A DNA stretch of 63,983 nt, filler included, from Licmophora abbreviata (GCA_900291995.1; 12 parts of 12 records of this genome joined end to end with filler, not necessarily neighbours in it); one strand, 5' to 3'; positions 32,598 to 43,066 are shown, counted from the first letter of the whole stretch. Program-made: numbers and translations. Notes: generated by a model from the letters alone, not told the origin.

Positions 32598-34238
32598 TTA
32601 AATGTTATCCATTGCAAGCATGATTTTGTCCACGTCAAATCGAAAGTCACCAAAGCGTTCTGTCGCAGGCGTTTGTGGGAGGTTCCGAACCCACGCCGCT
32701 TCAGCAGTGTCTGTCTCCTTTCCCCCCTCAAAAGGCTCCGTCGTCGCCGTCTTCTTTCCCTGACTTCGTGCCGTAATCTGCGAGTCTGTCAAGAAGATAC
32801 TGTCCACTGTTTCCGACGAAGCTTGTGCAACCGTCGTGTCGCTTGGCTTCTGTCCTCCTCCCTGTAGCATGGACAATAAGGCTTGGCCAGCATTGACATC
32901 TTGCTGTTTAGCTGTGCTCGTTGGCGGCGGACTCTTAGATTTCCCCTTCTTCTTTTTCGTCTTTTTGGCTGGAACCGGTTTCGCCGACAGTGCCTCGTCC
33001 ACCACGTCTCCCCATGGAGTCACTCCTTCACTAGAGAAAAATGGCGTGAGTCCATGATTCTCTGTAGATTCCTCGTTTCTATTATTGTCTCGGAACAAGG
33101 GCTGTAGTTTACTCTGCTCCGGAGCCGGAGCGAGCTTGGATATGCCACTGTTCATGAACCCACCACCGACCAGATGGAATGCATGTGGATCCATTCCGTC
33201 GAATCCCTTTTCGGCGAAATGATGAGGATTTCCATCGTATGCAATTTTCTTTCCTAGCATCTTTTCATTCACGGCAAGCATCTCTTCCTCGGACCAGCCG
33301 CTGTATTCTCCTGGAGATGCGAGGCCGGTTTCTACGACATCAGACTCATCACGGACTCTGCCGCGACTGCTGTCTCGACTGCTGTTTCGACTGTGTGACT
33401 TTTTGGCGGTCGTTCGACGTTTTCCAGAAGTTTCTTTGCGTCCTTCAGTTTTAGTGTGCTTTCGTATCCATCGTCGCAGCTGACCCATGTATGGCAAGAC
33501 GGCAAAGCTCTTTTTGGGAATGTCATTTAGGTCATGCCACGAGACGTTCGAAACTTCTTTCCTAGCAACTGGAGCAAAGGGGAAGTCTTCAGGAACACCA
33601 AGACAGACATAGCACGTTCGTCTTTTACCACCGTCCGTAAAAACCAAGCCGTCTTCTTCTTGGAGGGGCGTCTTCCACGTCACTTTTCCTGCCGCCTGAA
33701 GTTGAGCGGCAAGTCCCAACTGACAGTTGGGATCGAAACCTGTTTCTTCGTAAGTTTCCCGAGCTCCCGCATCGATTCCCGCCTCATTTTGGTTGACTTT
33801 ACCAGAAGGAAATGTCCAAGAAGGGCTGTTCCACACTTGACAGAGAACGACTTTGGTGCAGTCTTGATTGAGCAAGATTGTTCCATAAGTAGAAATCGTT
33901 CGTTTGTAGAGAGAAAAACGCTGCCAAAGTTTGTCAAAGTCCTTCGTCATGGGCTGAAGTATAGGCGAAATTTCGAACATCTTGACAGCAAAGGGTTTGA
34001 GAGTCTTAAAGCGCGGCAAGTCGATCTTGGAATGGTCGCAAATCATGTCATCGTAGAACCACCACGCCTGCTCCAACTGGAAAAAGATCCGATCGGGAGT
34101 GGCAAGTTCTTGTTCCGGAAGATTCAACAGAAAACGAGTATGCACATCATCCAACGCATCCTCGTAGGCTTGCTGGACATCCACACCTGATTCAACAGCG
34201 GACGCGTATGAAAGCGTCGAACTGTTATCTTTACTCAT
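32598..34238 (-). CDS. DCP2: mRNA-decapping enzyme DCP2 (Box A + Nudix)
   Basis: RFLLNLPEQEL…RIFFQLEQAWWFYDD (Box A); FPSGKVNQNEAGIDAGARETYEETG (Nudix box). Confidence 0.92.
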   Translation of the reverse strand: MSKDNSSTLSYASAVESGVDVQQAYEDALDDVHTRFLLNLPEQELATPDRIFFQLEQAWWFYDDMICDHSKIDLPRFKTLKPFAVKMFEISPILQPMTKDFDKLWQRFSLYKRTISTYGTILLNQDCTKVVLCQVWNSPSWTFPSGKVNQNEAGIDAGARETYEETGFDPNCQLGLAAQLQAAGKVTWKTPLQEEDGLVFTDGGKRRTCYVCLGVPEDFPFAPVARKEVSNVSWHDLNDIPKKSFAVLPYMGQLRRWIRKHTKTEGRKETSGKRRTTAKKSHSRNSSRDSSRGRVRDESDVVETGLASPGEYSGWSEEEMLAVNEKMLGKKIAYDGNPHHFAEKGFDGMDPHAFHLVGGGFMNSGISKLAPAPEQSKLQPLFRDNNRNEESTENHGLTPFFSSEGVTPWGDVVDEALSAKPVPAKKTKKKKGKSKSPPPTSTAKQQDVNAGQALLSMLQGGGQKPSDTTVAQASSETVDSIFLTDSQITARSQGKKTATTEPFEGGKETDTAEAAWVRNLPQTPATERFGDFRFDVDKIMLAMDNI

Positions 34239-34636
34239 GGTCAAACTTGAAGTGAATCGCGGCCGTTGTGGTCGTCGTTGGCGTTCGACTGGAGTGTGCA
34301 CGACCTAGCTTTTCTCGAATATCACGTACTAATCTAAATAAAAGGACATCACAACAAAGACGCTGGGGCGTCAAAGAGGATGATGCCCAAAACCACCCGA
34401 CTGACGAGGTCGTAGGTCGTTGCAAGACGACTTGACAGACTGACTTTATCACTAGTTCGTCGTATGTATCTTACCAGCCGTAGTTACTGCTCAAAGGTCC
34501 CCTTTCTTGTCGGTATCTAGGTTCTCTTAGTGTAGTCTAACAAATATTATACAGCGCAAAGAGTTGTTTGATGCACTCAGTCAACTCTTGCTTTGTAACA
34601 AGGGGTGAGGGGACCACAAGATTGCACCACCCATGG

Positions 34637-36320
34637 CTATGCTCCACAGGACTTGACATCTTCAATGCTTCCGAATTCTCGTGTTCCTACTTGTTCAATT
34701 CCACTTCTCACATTGCACTGAGCCGACTTCTGGAGGCTCGTTATATAGTGAAACCAGTGACTTGGGATGTAGAGTACTTCACCAGCCTTGAGAACCGTGT
34801 CTACAGCCTCCGACTCCCTAGCGCGTTCCAACCATGCTCGTTCCTCATCAGACATCTCCTTGCCTTTGTCATTTTCCAGGTACTGCAAATGCGCAAAGTT
34901 CAGTAAAGAGTGTCGAAAGATCGCGTTCCCTCGAGTCGTCGTAACTCCCAACTTGGAACACTCCCTCGGCGGACTCAGTACATATCGCTTCGCTCCCGTC
35001 ACCATAGCTACCATGTTCTTCCCTCCATCATAATGTGTTGCTGCTGTCACACCCCGCTCTCCAAAGCGACATTGAATACCCTTCTGTTCCTTGGCGTTAA
35101 ACTGGAAAAACGATTCACCCGGACTGCCAAAGGACGGCAAGTCACGACTGACAAAAGTCCATTTCGATCGAGGTTTGTATCTCTCGTCTCGCGGCACTCC
35201 CGCTTGCCAATAAAAGTGTGGTTTGTCCGTTGCGAGGGACACAGCATCCGCATATCGCGCATGCCTCGCCCACCGTGCAAAGGTCCAATCATTGTTTCTC
35301 ACCGGTGGCAACCCCATGGTTTCGATGCTCCAAACGGCCGGCGTATAAAAGGCAAAATAATTATTAGGTGACTCCTGGCACTGACCATCTGAGGGCGGCA
35401 TCTCTCGTTGCGAGAATATACCTCCGCCACCATGGCTGTATTGAAGGGAGACATACTCGTCGGTCCACTTGAGTCCTGCAGCAGTGACTTCTGGAACGTC
35501 GTACATCTTGAATGGCAACTCGGCATTGCGAAAGTTCAAAGCCATGTCGCGTTCGTCTGGATTGGAAAAGTTGAAATGCAAGAGTGTTTCGATGATGATT
35601 TCTGGTGGCTCGTCGAGTTCGTCCTGAGGCCACGCGGTCAGTATCTGCCCAAGGGGCTGTAGTTCGGGGTAGCCGCCCATGCTTGGCGGTTCGGAAAGGA
35701 CTTGAGGATACTGGTATGTATGCTGGGTATAATCGACCCTGCCCCCTGTGTATCATTGTATTCCTCAAGCTCCCATGCCATCTTTTCTTCTTTCTGCCGC
35801 CTTGCAAGAAAGGGTGATAGTCCATTGATCGTATAGGACTTGTAGTTTTTCTGTTTTTCGGGATGGGGCTTTGTGAGCATTTGATTCGGTGGATTGCCAG
35901 GCAAGGCGGGTAGTAAGTGCGAGGCGACCCATCGAATCCCCCCAGCGCGGTTGGTAACGATATCCCAGTTGACTTGTGCCAATTCACGTCCGAGTTTGAA
36001 AAGCGAATCGGACTGTTGCTGCTCTCCGGACGAGCCATCATTGTTCTGGTGTCGGTGTTCCCGGTCGAATGTCTTTGGATCAACGGCCGCGGCTTTTTCT
36101 TGTTCTTCTTCTTCTTGACGTTGCAACAGCTTTTTCATATGATACGCCCTGAGCAAATGCTTTTGTCGTTGGCGCTCTTGGTTGTACCGCCGTCGTCTCG
36201 AGAGAAACGTCAGTCCAATGAGGGTGCCGCAGACACATAGTACTACCCAGATATTCCGCCGAGCTGCCTGTTTCGCTTGCGAGAGTGCTTCTGATACTTT
36301 GAGTCGCTTCTGGCTTCCAT
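34637..36320 (-). CDS. Type II membrane JmjC/cupin-like 2OG-Fe(II) oxygenase; two apparent 1-nt frameshifts (near 36272 and 35744)
   Basis: AATHYD…GAKRY…LKAGEVLYIPSHWFH (HxD…H triad). An N-terminal TM lies in the overlapping ORF 35638..36537; the frames join at homopolymer runs. Confidence 0.8.
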
Positions 36321-36429
36321 GATGAGTGCGAGGAGGTGGGTGAAAGTCAGTGGCAGCTGCAGTTACAAGCGAAGCAGAGCATTGACACAACAACTGATGA
36401 ACAAGCAAGCTGAGTTTTTTGACACAACA

Positions 36430-36453
36430 TTGAAAATTGAAAATTGAAAATTG
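36430..36453 (-). promoter_or_regulatory. (TTTTCAA)x3 motif upstream of the JmjC gene
   Basis: Tandem copies; the same motif occurs upstream of two other minus-strand genes. Confidence 0.4.
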
Positions 36454-36693
36454 GCGGGTCTCTACATCCGGGTTTTCATTTTCATTGTTCACTGACGGCG
36501 GACTGACTCTATAGATCGCGCAGCCGACGGACGCCACACGAAACGGCGCGTCAAACTAACTTTGAGAAAGCGCGGGATCGCGACCATGATGAAGAGCGAC
36601 CGACGGTTCACTGTTTGCTGTTGCTCGCCACTGACCCCCTCTTGTTTCACAAAGTGAAGTGCGACTATCCTTTTTAGTCTACTGTGATTCACA

Positions 36694-38859
36694 ATGTTAA
36701 GACGAACGATTCAATGCTCTGCTCAGACTGCTAGATTTGCGGCGCAAAGTCGCACTGCTTCAGGCAGGAGAAGTAGTAGAAACACCTTCAGGACTGTGAA
36801 CCATGCAGCGATGTTCTGTTGGAGGAACAATGCAGAAACCGTGTCACCATTGTTGTTTCAGCAACGCCGCTCCTATATATTTCTTCCTTCCACTTGGTCT
36901 GAAATAAAACACTTGCTACATCAGGCCTGGAACACAGAATGCAAACAAGAGAGACAAGCCATTTTTGTCAAGCTCCTGTCCCGGCGAGCACGAACGAACA
37001 ACAACAACAACGAGACGAGTACCCACCAACCGAGCACCACTGCTTCTACTAGGACTAGGCCTCCTTCTGATGTTTCTCAGGCTCCCCAGATTCTCTCGGA
37101 GTCACAGTCCATCATTGCAGCGACACATGGAAATCAAGGAAGACGACAGAAACTCCGAAAACGACTTCGAAGGGGACTCATCGTGCAGACTGGCGCAGCC
37201 ACCACCAGAAGAAACGCTGCTACACTTGGAAGACGCGTCATGGCACGACGTGACTCATCCCCGCTCTATGTTTACTACACTGCGACCAAACAGGCCTTGC
37301 GACGAAAGTTGAAACGATTCTCAGGGTACTACGACTTCAGGCAGCAACGACTACTCCGTCGGAACGACAGCAACGCTACTACGACATCCGCAGATGCCGA
37401 CTCCTCTTCCATGTCGTCATCTCTTCGCAACTACTTTCACTCGCGTGATGGTGTACGCGCCAAATGGAAGTGGGTCACACGACGAATTTATCTACAGGAA
37501 CCGTTCGAGTCCACCTGGTTTGATCCCGACGGCTTTCCTCTGACCGCCCAGACACCCTTTGGACGATACGTCAATCCTTGGAACTCCATAAGTACCAATG
37601 GAGTGCAAAGTATCATTCTGTTTGTCAGGTGGAGAATAGAGCGTCTCTGGAAGTATCTAGGTGGGGGCAGTGGCGATAATGGCGCAGACATCAATAGAAC
37701 GGAGAGCCCAACCACGACAAGGACTGTCCCGAACAACAATTGCAGCACAGAAGTCCTGCCACCATTGACGTCCGACTCGACAGTGTCCACTTCTTCTTCT
37801 CTATGCAAGATTCGGTACACGTGGATCGGTCATTCGACGTGCTTGGTTTATCTCGACGACAAGTTCACTGTACTGACGGACCCTCACTTTTCGCCACGCG
37901 CCTCGCCCCTTCAACTCTGGCCCTTTGGCGTGAGACGCGATGTCGCACCAGCTTTGAGCATCCACGAGCTTCCAGACAAGATTGATGTGTGTGTCATATC
38001 GCATGACCATTACGATCACTTGGATCAGGAGTCGATCCTGCGGCTGAAGGACCGCGTACAGGTATTCGCGGTGCCATGTGGAATCAAAGAGTGGCTGCGA
38101 CAGCATTGTCAGGTGGAGGCATCCAGAATTATCGAAATGGCGTGGTGGGAGAGTGCGAGCGTGATGAAACGTCATGGAGGCTTTGTGGTTGTGCGCAGTG
38201 GCGGTACCACCGAAATGGACAAGCATGGTGATAATTTCGAAAATGAGAAAAGCCTGCTCACATTGACGTGTGCGCCGTCGCAACACTGGTGCGGGCGTAC
38301 CATGTTCGATCGCAATCAGCGTCTGTGGTGTTCGTGGGCTGTGTCGACGAGTGCAGGTACAAAGTTCTACTTTGGAGGCGATACCGGTCTACCGACGGAC
38401 TTTCCTTTATTTCGTCAAATCGGAGATCGGCTGGGCCCTTTTGATTTGGCGGCTCTGCCCATTGGGGCGTACTCTCCTCGTTACTTTATGCAACCGAGTC
38501 ACGTTCATCCGAGCGAAGCTGTGTTGATGCATCAGCAGCTGCGAGCGAAGAAGTCTGTGGCAATTCACCATGCGACATTTCGTTTGGCGGACGAAGCGCT
38601 GGACGAGCCAACGCGGTTGCTGGACGAAGCGGCGAGACACCAAGGCGTTGACTTTTGCACACTGGAGCATGGAGGATCATTGGAAGTAAAAAAGGAAATG
38701 ACATTGAGCAGTGACACGATGACTGGAGAAGAGGTTGTCGAGAATGCGGCTGCGATGAAGACCGAGGAATCCTTGAATGAGAAGGAGTCATGGGAGGAAC
38801 GACACCGAGAGCAAGCAGACCCTGCAACAGACCAGCGGAGAGAAGAAGCGTACGGATAG
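36694..38859 (+). CDS. NAPE-PLD-like metallo-beta-lactamase-fold hydrolase with long basic N-terminal extension
   Basis: GRYVNPW, TWIGHST, LTDPHFS, ISHDHYDH, PSQHWCGR, YFGGDTG, LPIGAY. Confidence 0.88.
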   Translation: MLRRTIQCSAQTARFAAQSRTASGRRSSRNTFRTVNHAAMFCWRNNAETVSPLLFQQRRSYIFLPSTWSEIKHLLHQAWNTECKQERQAIFVKLLSRRARTNNNNNETSTHQPSTTASTRTRPPSDVSQAPQILSESQSIIAATHGNQGRRQKLRKRLRRGLIVQTGAATTRRNAATLGRRVMARRDSSPLYVYYTATKQALRRKLKRFSGYYDFRQQRLLRRNDSNATTTSADADSSSMSSSLRNYFHSRDGVRAKWKWVTRRIYLQEPFESTWFDPDGFPLTAQTPFGRYVNPWNSISTNGVQSIILFVRWRIERLWKYLGGGSGDNGADINRTESPTTTRTVPNNNCSTEVLPPLTSDSTVSTSSSLCKIRYTWIGHSTCLVYLDDKFTVLTDPHFSPRASPLQLWPFGVRRDVAPALSIHELPDKIDVCVISHDHYDHLDQESILRLKDRVQVFAVPCGIKEWLRQHCQVEASRIIEMAWWESASVMKRHGGFVVVRSGGTTEMDKHGDNFENEKSLLTLTCAPSQHWCGRTMFDRNQRLWCSWAVSTSAGTKFYFGGDTGLPTDFPLFRQIGDRLGPFDLAALPIGAYSPRYFMQPSHVHPSEAVLMHQQLRAKKSVAIHHATFRLADEALDEPTRLLDEAARHQGVDFCTLEHGGSLEVKKEMTLSSDTMTGEEVVENAAAMKTEESLNEKESWEERHREQADPATDQRREEAYG

Positions 38860-38927
38860 AGCGGCGATACTACTGACATTGAGCAGGCTAAAATGTATAT
38901 TGCTGCATCGATTGTTCACTTGTTGCC

Positions 38928-39203
38928 CTATTGAAGATCCACTGAGGATGCGTTTTTAATTCCATCGAAGAGTCCCTTTAAAAAGACCCCAACGTAGAGC
39001 GCAGAGCCAAGCATGAATATCCACAGCAGAGCTCGTTCGTGGGGGTCGAGCATGGACAGTCCAGTCCAGAGGTGGAAGCGGTAGAGGAAGATTTTAACGT
39101 TTTTGACGACGACGTTCGTAGAGTCACTTGTGTCACTGCATAGCTCGTCCGTGTTGGTGTTGGAGAGTCTTCGTTTGGAGGGAGCGCGGGACGACGACGG
39201 CAT
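38928..39203 (-). CDS. Serine palmitoyltransferase small subunit (ssSPT-like)
   Basis: FLYRFHLWTGLSMLDPHERALL followed by one TM matches the ssSPT pattern (…T.lymLePwEk). Confidence 0.7.
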   Translation of the reverse strand: MPSSSRAPSKRRLSNTNTDELCSDTSDSTNVVVKNVKIFLYRFHLWTGLSMLDPHERALLWIFMLGSALYVGVFLKGLFDGIKNASSVDLQ

Positions 39204-39270
39204 GGTGCAGATCAGTGACGAAGACACAAGCAGAGAGACAGTCGTATCTGTGTCATGCGAGACGGCAATG

Positions 39271-39359
39271 TTGAAAATTGAAAATTGAAATGAAAATGAA
39301 CGAGACCGACAATGAGCTGCGTAAGTTGAGTCGACTGAGTCAAGTGAGTCGACTGAGTC
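39271..39359. promoter_or_regulatory. Divergent promoter region with a TTGAAAA tandem and a TGAGTCGACTGAGTC direct repeat x2
   Basis: Repeats at 39271-39300, 39327-39341 and 39345-39359, between the ssSPT and CDP-DAG synthase genes. Confidence 0.45.
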
Positions 39360-39624
39360 TGTTTCGTGTTGACGATTGCAAGTAGGAGTTTGTTTTCAGT
39401 TTGGTGTTTGTTGTTACGACGTTACGACGACACATTCATACGCCAAGCTCATCACCACCTGTCACCTTCGTCCTTATAAGCTCTTCTATTGAACCTGGTA
39501 GTCTACCTTCTAGAATTCTTTTTGGAGAACAAGAACTCAGAAAACTTACTCATCGTCATCGTCCTCATTTTCTATCGTTTTGCCAGCAGCTGTGTCCTGT
39601 CCAGTCCGATTCGTCGAACGAATC

Positions 39625-41067
39625 ATGGCGAGTATTCTCCGAAATCGAAAGCCCGAATCCTCTGCCGTTGCTATGATTCCCAACGATGAACAGATTTCTA
39701 CACCAACAACACCCAACACGCCTATTCCCTCCGCCGGACCCCGCAAGGCCATGAGCGGAGCTGCAGTCTCCAAAGATGAGAAACGATCCAAAAAGATTCT
39801 CATCCGAGTCCTATCCGGAGCCCTCATGATTGGAGTCTTCCTCACGTGCTTGTACATGGGTCACTTGTATATCTGTGCCCTCGTTGCGCTCATTGAGCTC
39901 TTGTTGTTCCGCGAACTTGTACGAGTGCGCTACAATGCTCACTATGAGACTATTCAAGACACCATTCCCTTGTTTCGGACGCTCCAGTGGATGTGGTTCT
40001 GTGTGGCTGTCTTCTACACATACTCCGACTTTGTAGAAGATACTATGAAAGCCAATCAATCCTTGCACCCGCTCCTCAGCTTCATCCGCTACCTTCCTAT
40101 ACTCTCCTTTGCACTCTACTCCGGGACATTCGTCCTTACCATTTCCACCATGCAGGTCGGCCATATCAAGTTCCAGTTGAACCAGCTCTGCTGGACCATC
40201 GTCGTGCTCTGTCTCACAGTCGGACAGCTGAAGTATATCATGCACAACATCTTCAACGGACTCTTTTGGTTTGCCTTTCCCGTACTCATGGTGGTCACCA
40301 ACGATATTATGGCGTATTTCAGTGGCATCACGTGCGGACGAAAGTTCATACAACGCGACTTTATTTCCTTCAGTCCCAACAAGACGTGGGAAGGCTTCAT
40401 TGGGGGAGGTATCTTTACACTCTTGGCAGGATGGTATCTCAGTCGATTCCTGGCCCAGTTCACGTGGATGACGTGTCCGACAAACGAGTTTCGACTCTTT
40501 CCCGGGTCACTCGACTGCGACTTGGATCCCATCTTTCAACAGGCGCAGTCGATTATTCCGTCGCAGATGTTTGAGATGGTCCCGAGAGCCTTTGTCAAGA
40601 TGGTCTTTCCCAATATCGTGGAAATTTGCAGTACTACGAAAAGTCTGGGCGACAATGACGGCGAAATTGTCTTGGAAGCATGCGTGTCGGGCGATCCTAC
40701 CCAGTCCCATCATCACTTTGAACTCATCCTGAAGAACGTCTATCCTGTTCAGATTCACGCGTTAGGTCTTGCCTTGTTCGCTTCGTTCGTCGCTCCGTTT
40801 GGTGGTTTCTTGGCAAGTGCCATTAAGAGAGCCTATAGCATCAAGGACTTTGACAGCATCATCCCGGGACATGGTGGAGTGATGGATCGGATGGACTGTC
40901 AATTTCTAATGGCGCTGTGTACGTGGGTGCACTACAATACGTTTGTGCGCATGACGACCGTGTCCGTACCCAAGATGGTGTACTACTACAACTTGCTGAA
41001 CGAGGCAGAGCAAGTGGAGTTTCTGAGTTCCATTGGAGATGCTAGTAATAGTAGGGCTGGTGGATAG
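39625..41067 (+). CDS. CDS1: Phosphatidate cytidylyltransferase (CDP-diacylglycerol synthase), eukaryotic type
   Basis: NDIMAY, SPNKTWEGFIGG, KDFDSIIPGHGGVMDRMDCQ. Confidence 0.95.
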   Translation: MASILRNRKPESSAVAMIPNDEQISTPTTPNTPIPSAGPRKAMSGAAVSKDEKRSKKILIRVLSGALMIGVFLTCLYMGHLYICALVALIELLLFRELVRVRYNAHYETIQDTIPLFRTLQWMWFCVAVFYTYSDFVEDTMKANQSLHPLLSFIRYLPILSFALYSGTFVLTISTMQVGHIKFQLNQLCWTIVVLCLTVGQLKYIMHNIFNGLFWFAFPVLMVVTNDIMAYFSGITCGRKFIQRDFISFSPNKTWEGFIGGGIFTLLAGWYLSRFLAQFTWMTCPTNEFRLFPGSLDCDLDPIFQQAQSIIPSQMFEMVPRAFVKMVFPNIVEICSTTKSLGDNDGEIVLEACVSGDPTQSHHHFELILKNVYPVQIHALGLALFASFVAPFGGFLASAIKRAYSIKDFDSIIPGHGGVMDRMDCQFLMALCTWVHYNTFVRMTTVSVPKMVYYYNLLNEAEQVEFLSSIGDASNSRAGG

Positions 41068-41224
41068 TGAATGAAGGAAAGCAGAACGGCAATATTCAAG
41101 GCAGTTAACGTGGATAGCCTTGGATACGTTGCTGTTGTGATTGAATACTGTGGGTGGGAATGAGAAGTGTTATCTTATATCATACTGGCCATTCAAAAAG
41201 TGATTCTGCCAATCAGTAAATAGT

Positions 41225-41728
41225 TTAGGTGAAACCGCTGACAATATCATCGAGCGCCCCCTCCTTCCGAAGTATTTCTTCGACGAATTCTCGAAAAGCT
41301 CCATCGCCGCCAGATTTGGAAGTGACAAAGTGCACAAGGTCTTTGACATAGGCAGCAGCGTTATCGGGAGCTGCGCTGAACCGAACCTTGCTGAGCAAGG
41401 CCATGTCGCCCAAGTCATCTCCAATGTACGCAACGTCTTCCTCCAGGGAGATACCAAGCTGACCGCACAAATCTTGAGCGACTTTGACTTTGTCTTGGAT
41501 CCCTTGAAAGACGTGTTCCACTCCAAGTTTCTGGGCTCTCCGTTTGACGATCTGAGTGTCCTCGCCGGTGATAATGGCCACGGGGATATTCAATTTGCGA
41601 AGAAAAAGGATCCCCGCGCTGTCGCTGGTGTTGAACTTCTTCCATTCGTTGCCGGTTTGGTCATAGTACATTCCGCCATCTGTCCACACACCATCAATGT
41701 CTGTCATTACAATCTTGGGGAGTCCCAT
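41225..41728 (-). CDS. KdsC-family C0 HAD phosphatase, KDN-9-phosphate phosphatase type
   Basis: DIDGVWTDGGMYYDQTGNEWKKFNTSDSAG, ITGE, YIGDDLGD, GGDGAFREFVE. Confidence 0.9.
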   Translation of the reverse strand: MGLPKIVMTDIDGVWTDGGMYYDQTGNEWKKFNTSDSAGILFLRKLNIPVAIITGEDTQIVKRRAQKLGVEHVFQGIQDKVKVAQDLCGQLGISLEEDVAYIGDDLGDMALLSKVRFSAAPDNAAAYVKDLVHFVTSKSGGDGAFREFVEEILRKEGALDDIVSGFT

Positions 41729-41729
41729 G

Positions 41730-41756
41730 GTGATGATGATGATGATGATGATGATG
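41730..41756. repeat. (GAT/ATC)n microsatellite abutting the phosphatase start codon
   Basis: About 8 gat units seen directly. Confidence 0.9.
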
Positions 41757-42298
41757 GATGTCTAGAGTAACACAGCAGTGTGAGGCAAGACAAGCCGCGA
41801 AGTCAAAATACAAAATTGAAAATAGTCAGTTCGAAGTTGTCTGCTGAGATGACTGCTTCGACTAAAACGTAAAGCCGGCAAAACGGCAAAACGAAAAAGA
41901 AAAAAGATGAAGTGACACCCATACCCATGACGGCCGTAAACCTGTAACGTCAGAAGACTAACACACACAGGGTCGATAGACGACGACGACGTGATGACTT
42001 CCACTGGCGGATTGTTGATTGTGAGTGTTGGGTTCAAAAGGTGTAGTCGCGCGCAGGGCAGTCATTGGCAGGTCACTAGCCGCTGACGTTCCTTGAGTCA
42101 CGAGTCATTCGTTCCCGCATCACTTGATGCGTGACTGTCAAACGCTAGCGTTACATCCCCTCTTGTTCTGTTGACCCTTCAACAAGCACACATACGGCNN
42201 NNNNNNNNNNNNNNNNNNNNNNNNNNNNNNNNNNNNNNNNNNTTAATTAATTAANNNNNNNNNNNNNNNNNNNNNNNNNNNNNNNNNNNNNNNNNNNN

Positions 42299-42876
42299 CG
42301 GCGCTGGCCGGTCTGCGGCGAGATGGTCACCGAAAAGCGCAGATGCCCCGCCGGATCAATGCGGAAATCCCCCGCGACCACGGCAGCGTCATCCAGCACG
42401 CGGGCCACCGCCACGCTTTCGGGCACGAACCAATCTGCGATTTCCTGACAGGTGCTCTCCTTGTCCGTCCACGGTGTGATGCGGATCAAGGCCGAGGTCA
42501 TGCGCACACCCGGCGCCTCGCCCAGCCAGTCATCGGGAAACACCTCGAAATCGCGCGGATCGAAGGGCCGCGCGCTCACACCTTCGGTGAAGGCGGTGTA
42601 GGTCACGAATTCGGTATGGCTTTCCCATTTCAGCATATGCCGGCCGATGCGCCCGAAATAATGCGTCGCACCGGGCTGCGGATGCGGTGCGCCATGCCGA
42701 TCAAGCAGCGCCAGAAGGTGCTTCATATCGGCTTCGCGGTCGCGCGCCGCCGCCCCTTCGGGACGTTTGATCGCCAGATAGGCCGCGCTCGACGGCGCCT
42801 TCATCGACGGGAAGGGCCGCGCATGAAGCTCATTGGCAAGGCGATAGCGCAGCGGGTGGTCTTCGATGGGCGACAT
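42299..42876 (-). CDS. DUF3422-family membrane-anchored protein, N-terminal part
   Basis: HPLRYRLANELHARPF and LKWESHTEFVTYT; lies downstream of pntB; truncated at gap. Confidence 0.8.
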
Positions 42877-43066
42877 GGGCCTGTCTCCGGGATGCTTCGA
42901 GCGTCAATCTAGCCTGTGCGCGGGCCGGGGAAAACCGGTTTTTCTTGACAAACCAATGATTTACCAGAGTACATCAGTATACTGCGCACGCCTTGGGCAC
43001 AGGACCCCAAAGCCTTTGCGACACAAGACCGGCGCATGACGCGCCCGCGCCGCTTGGTGATAGCAC

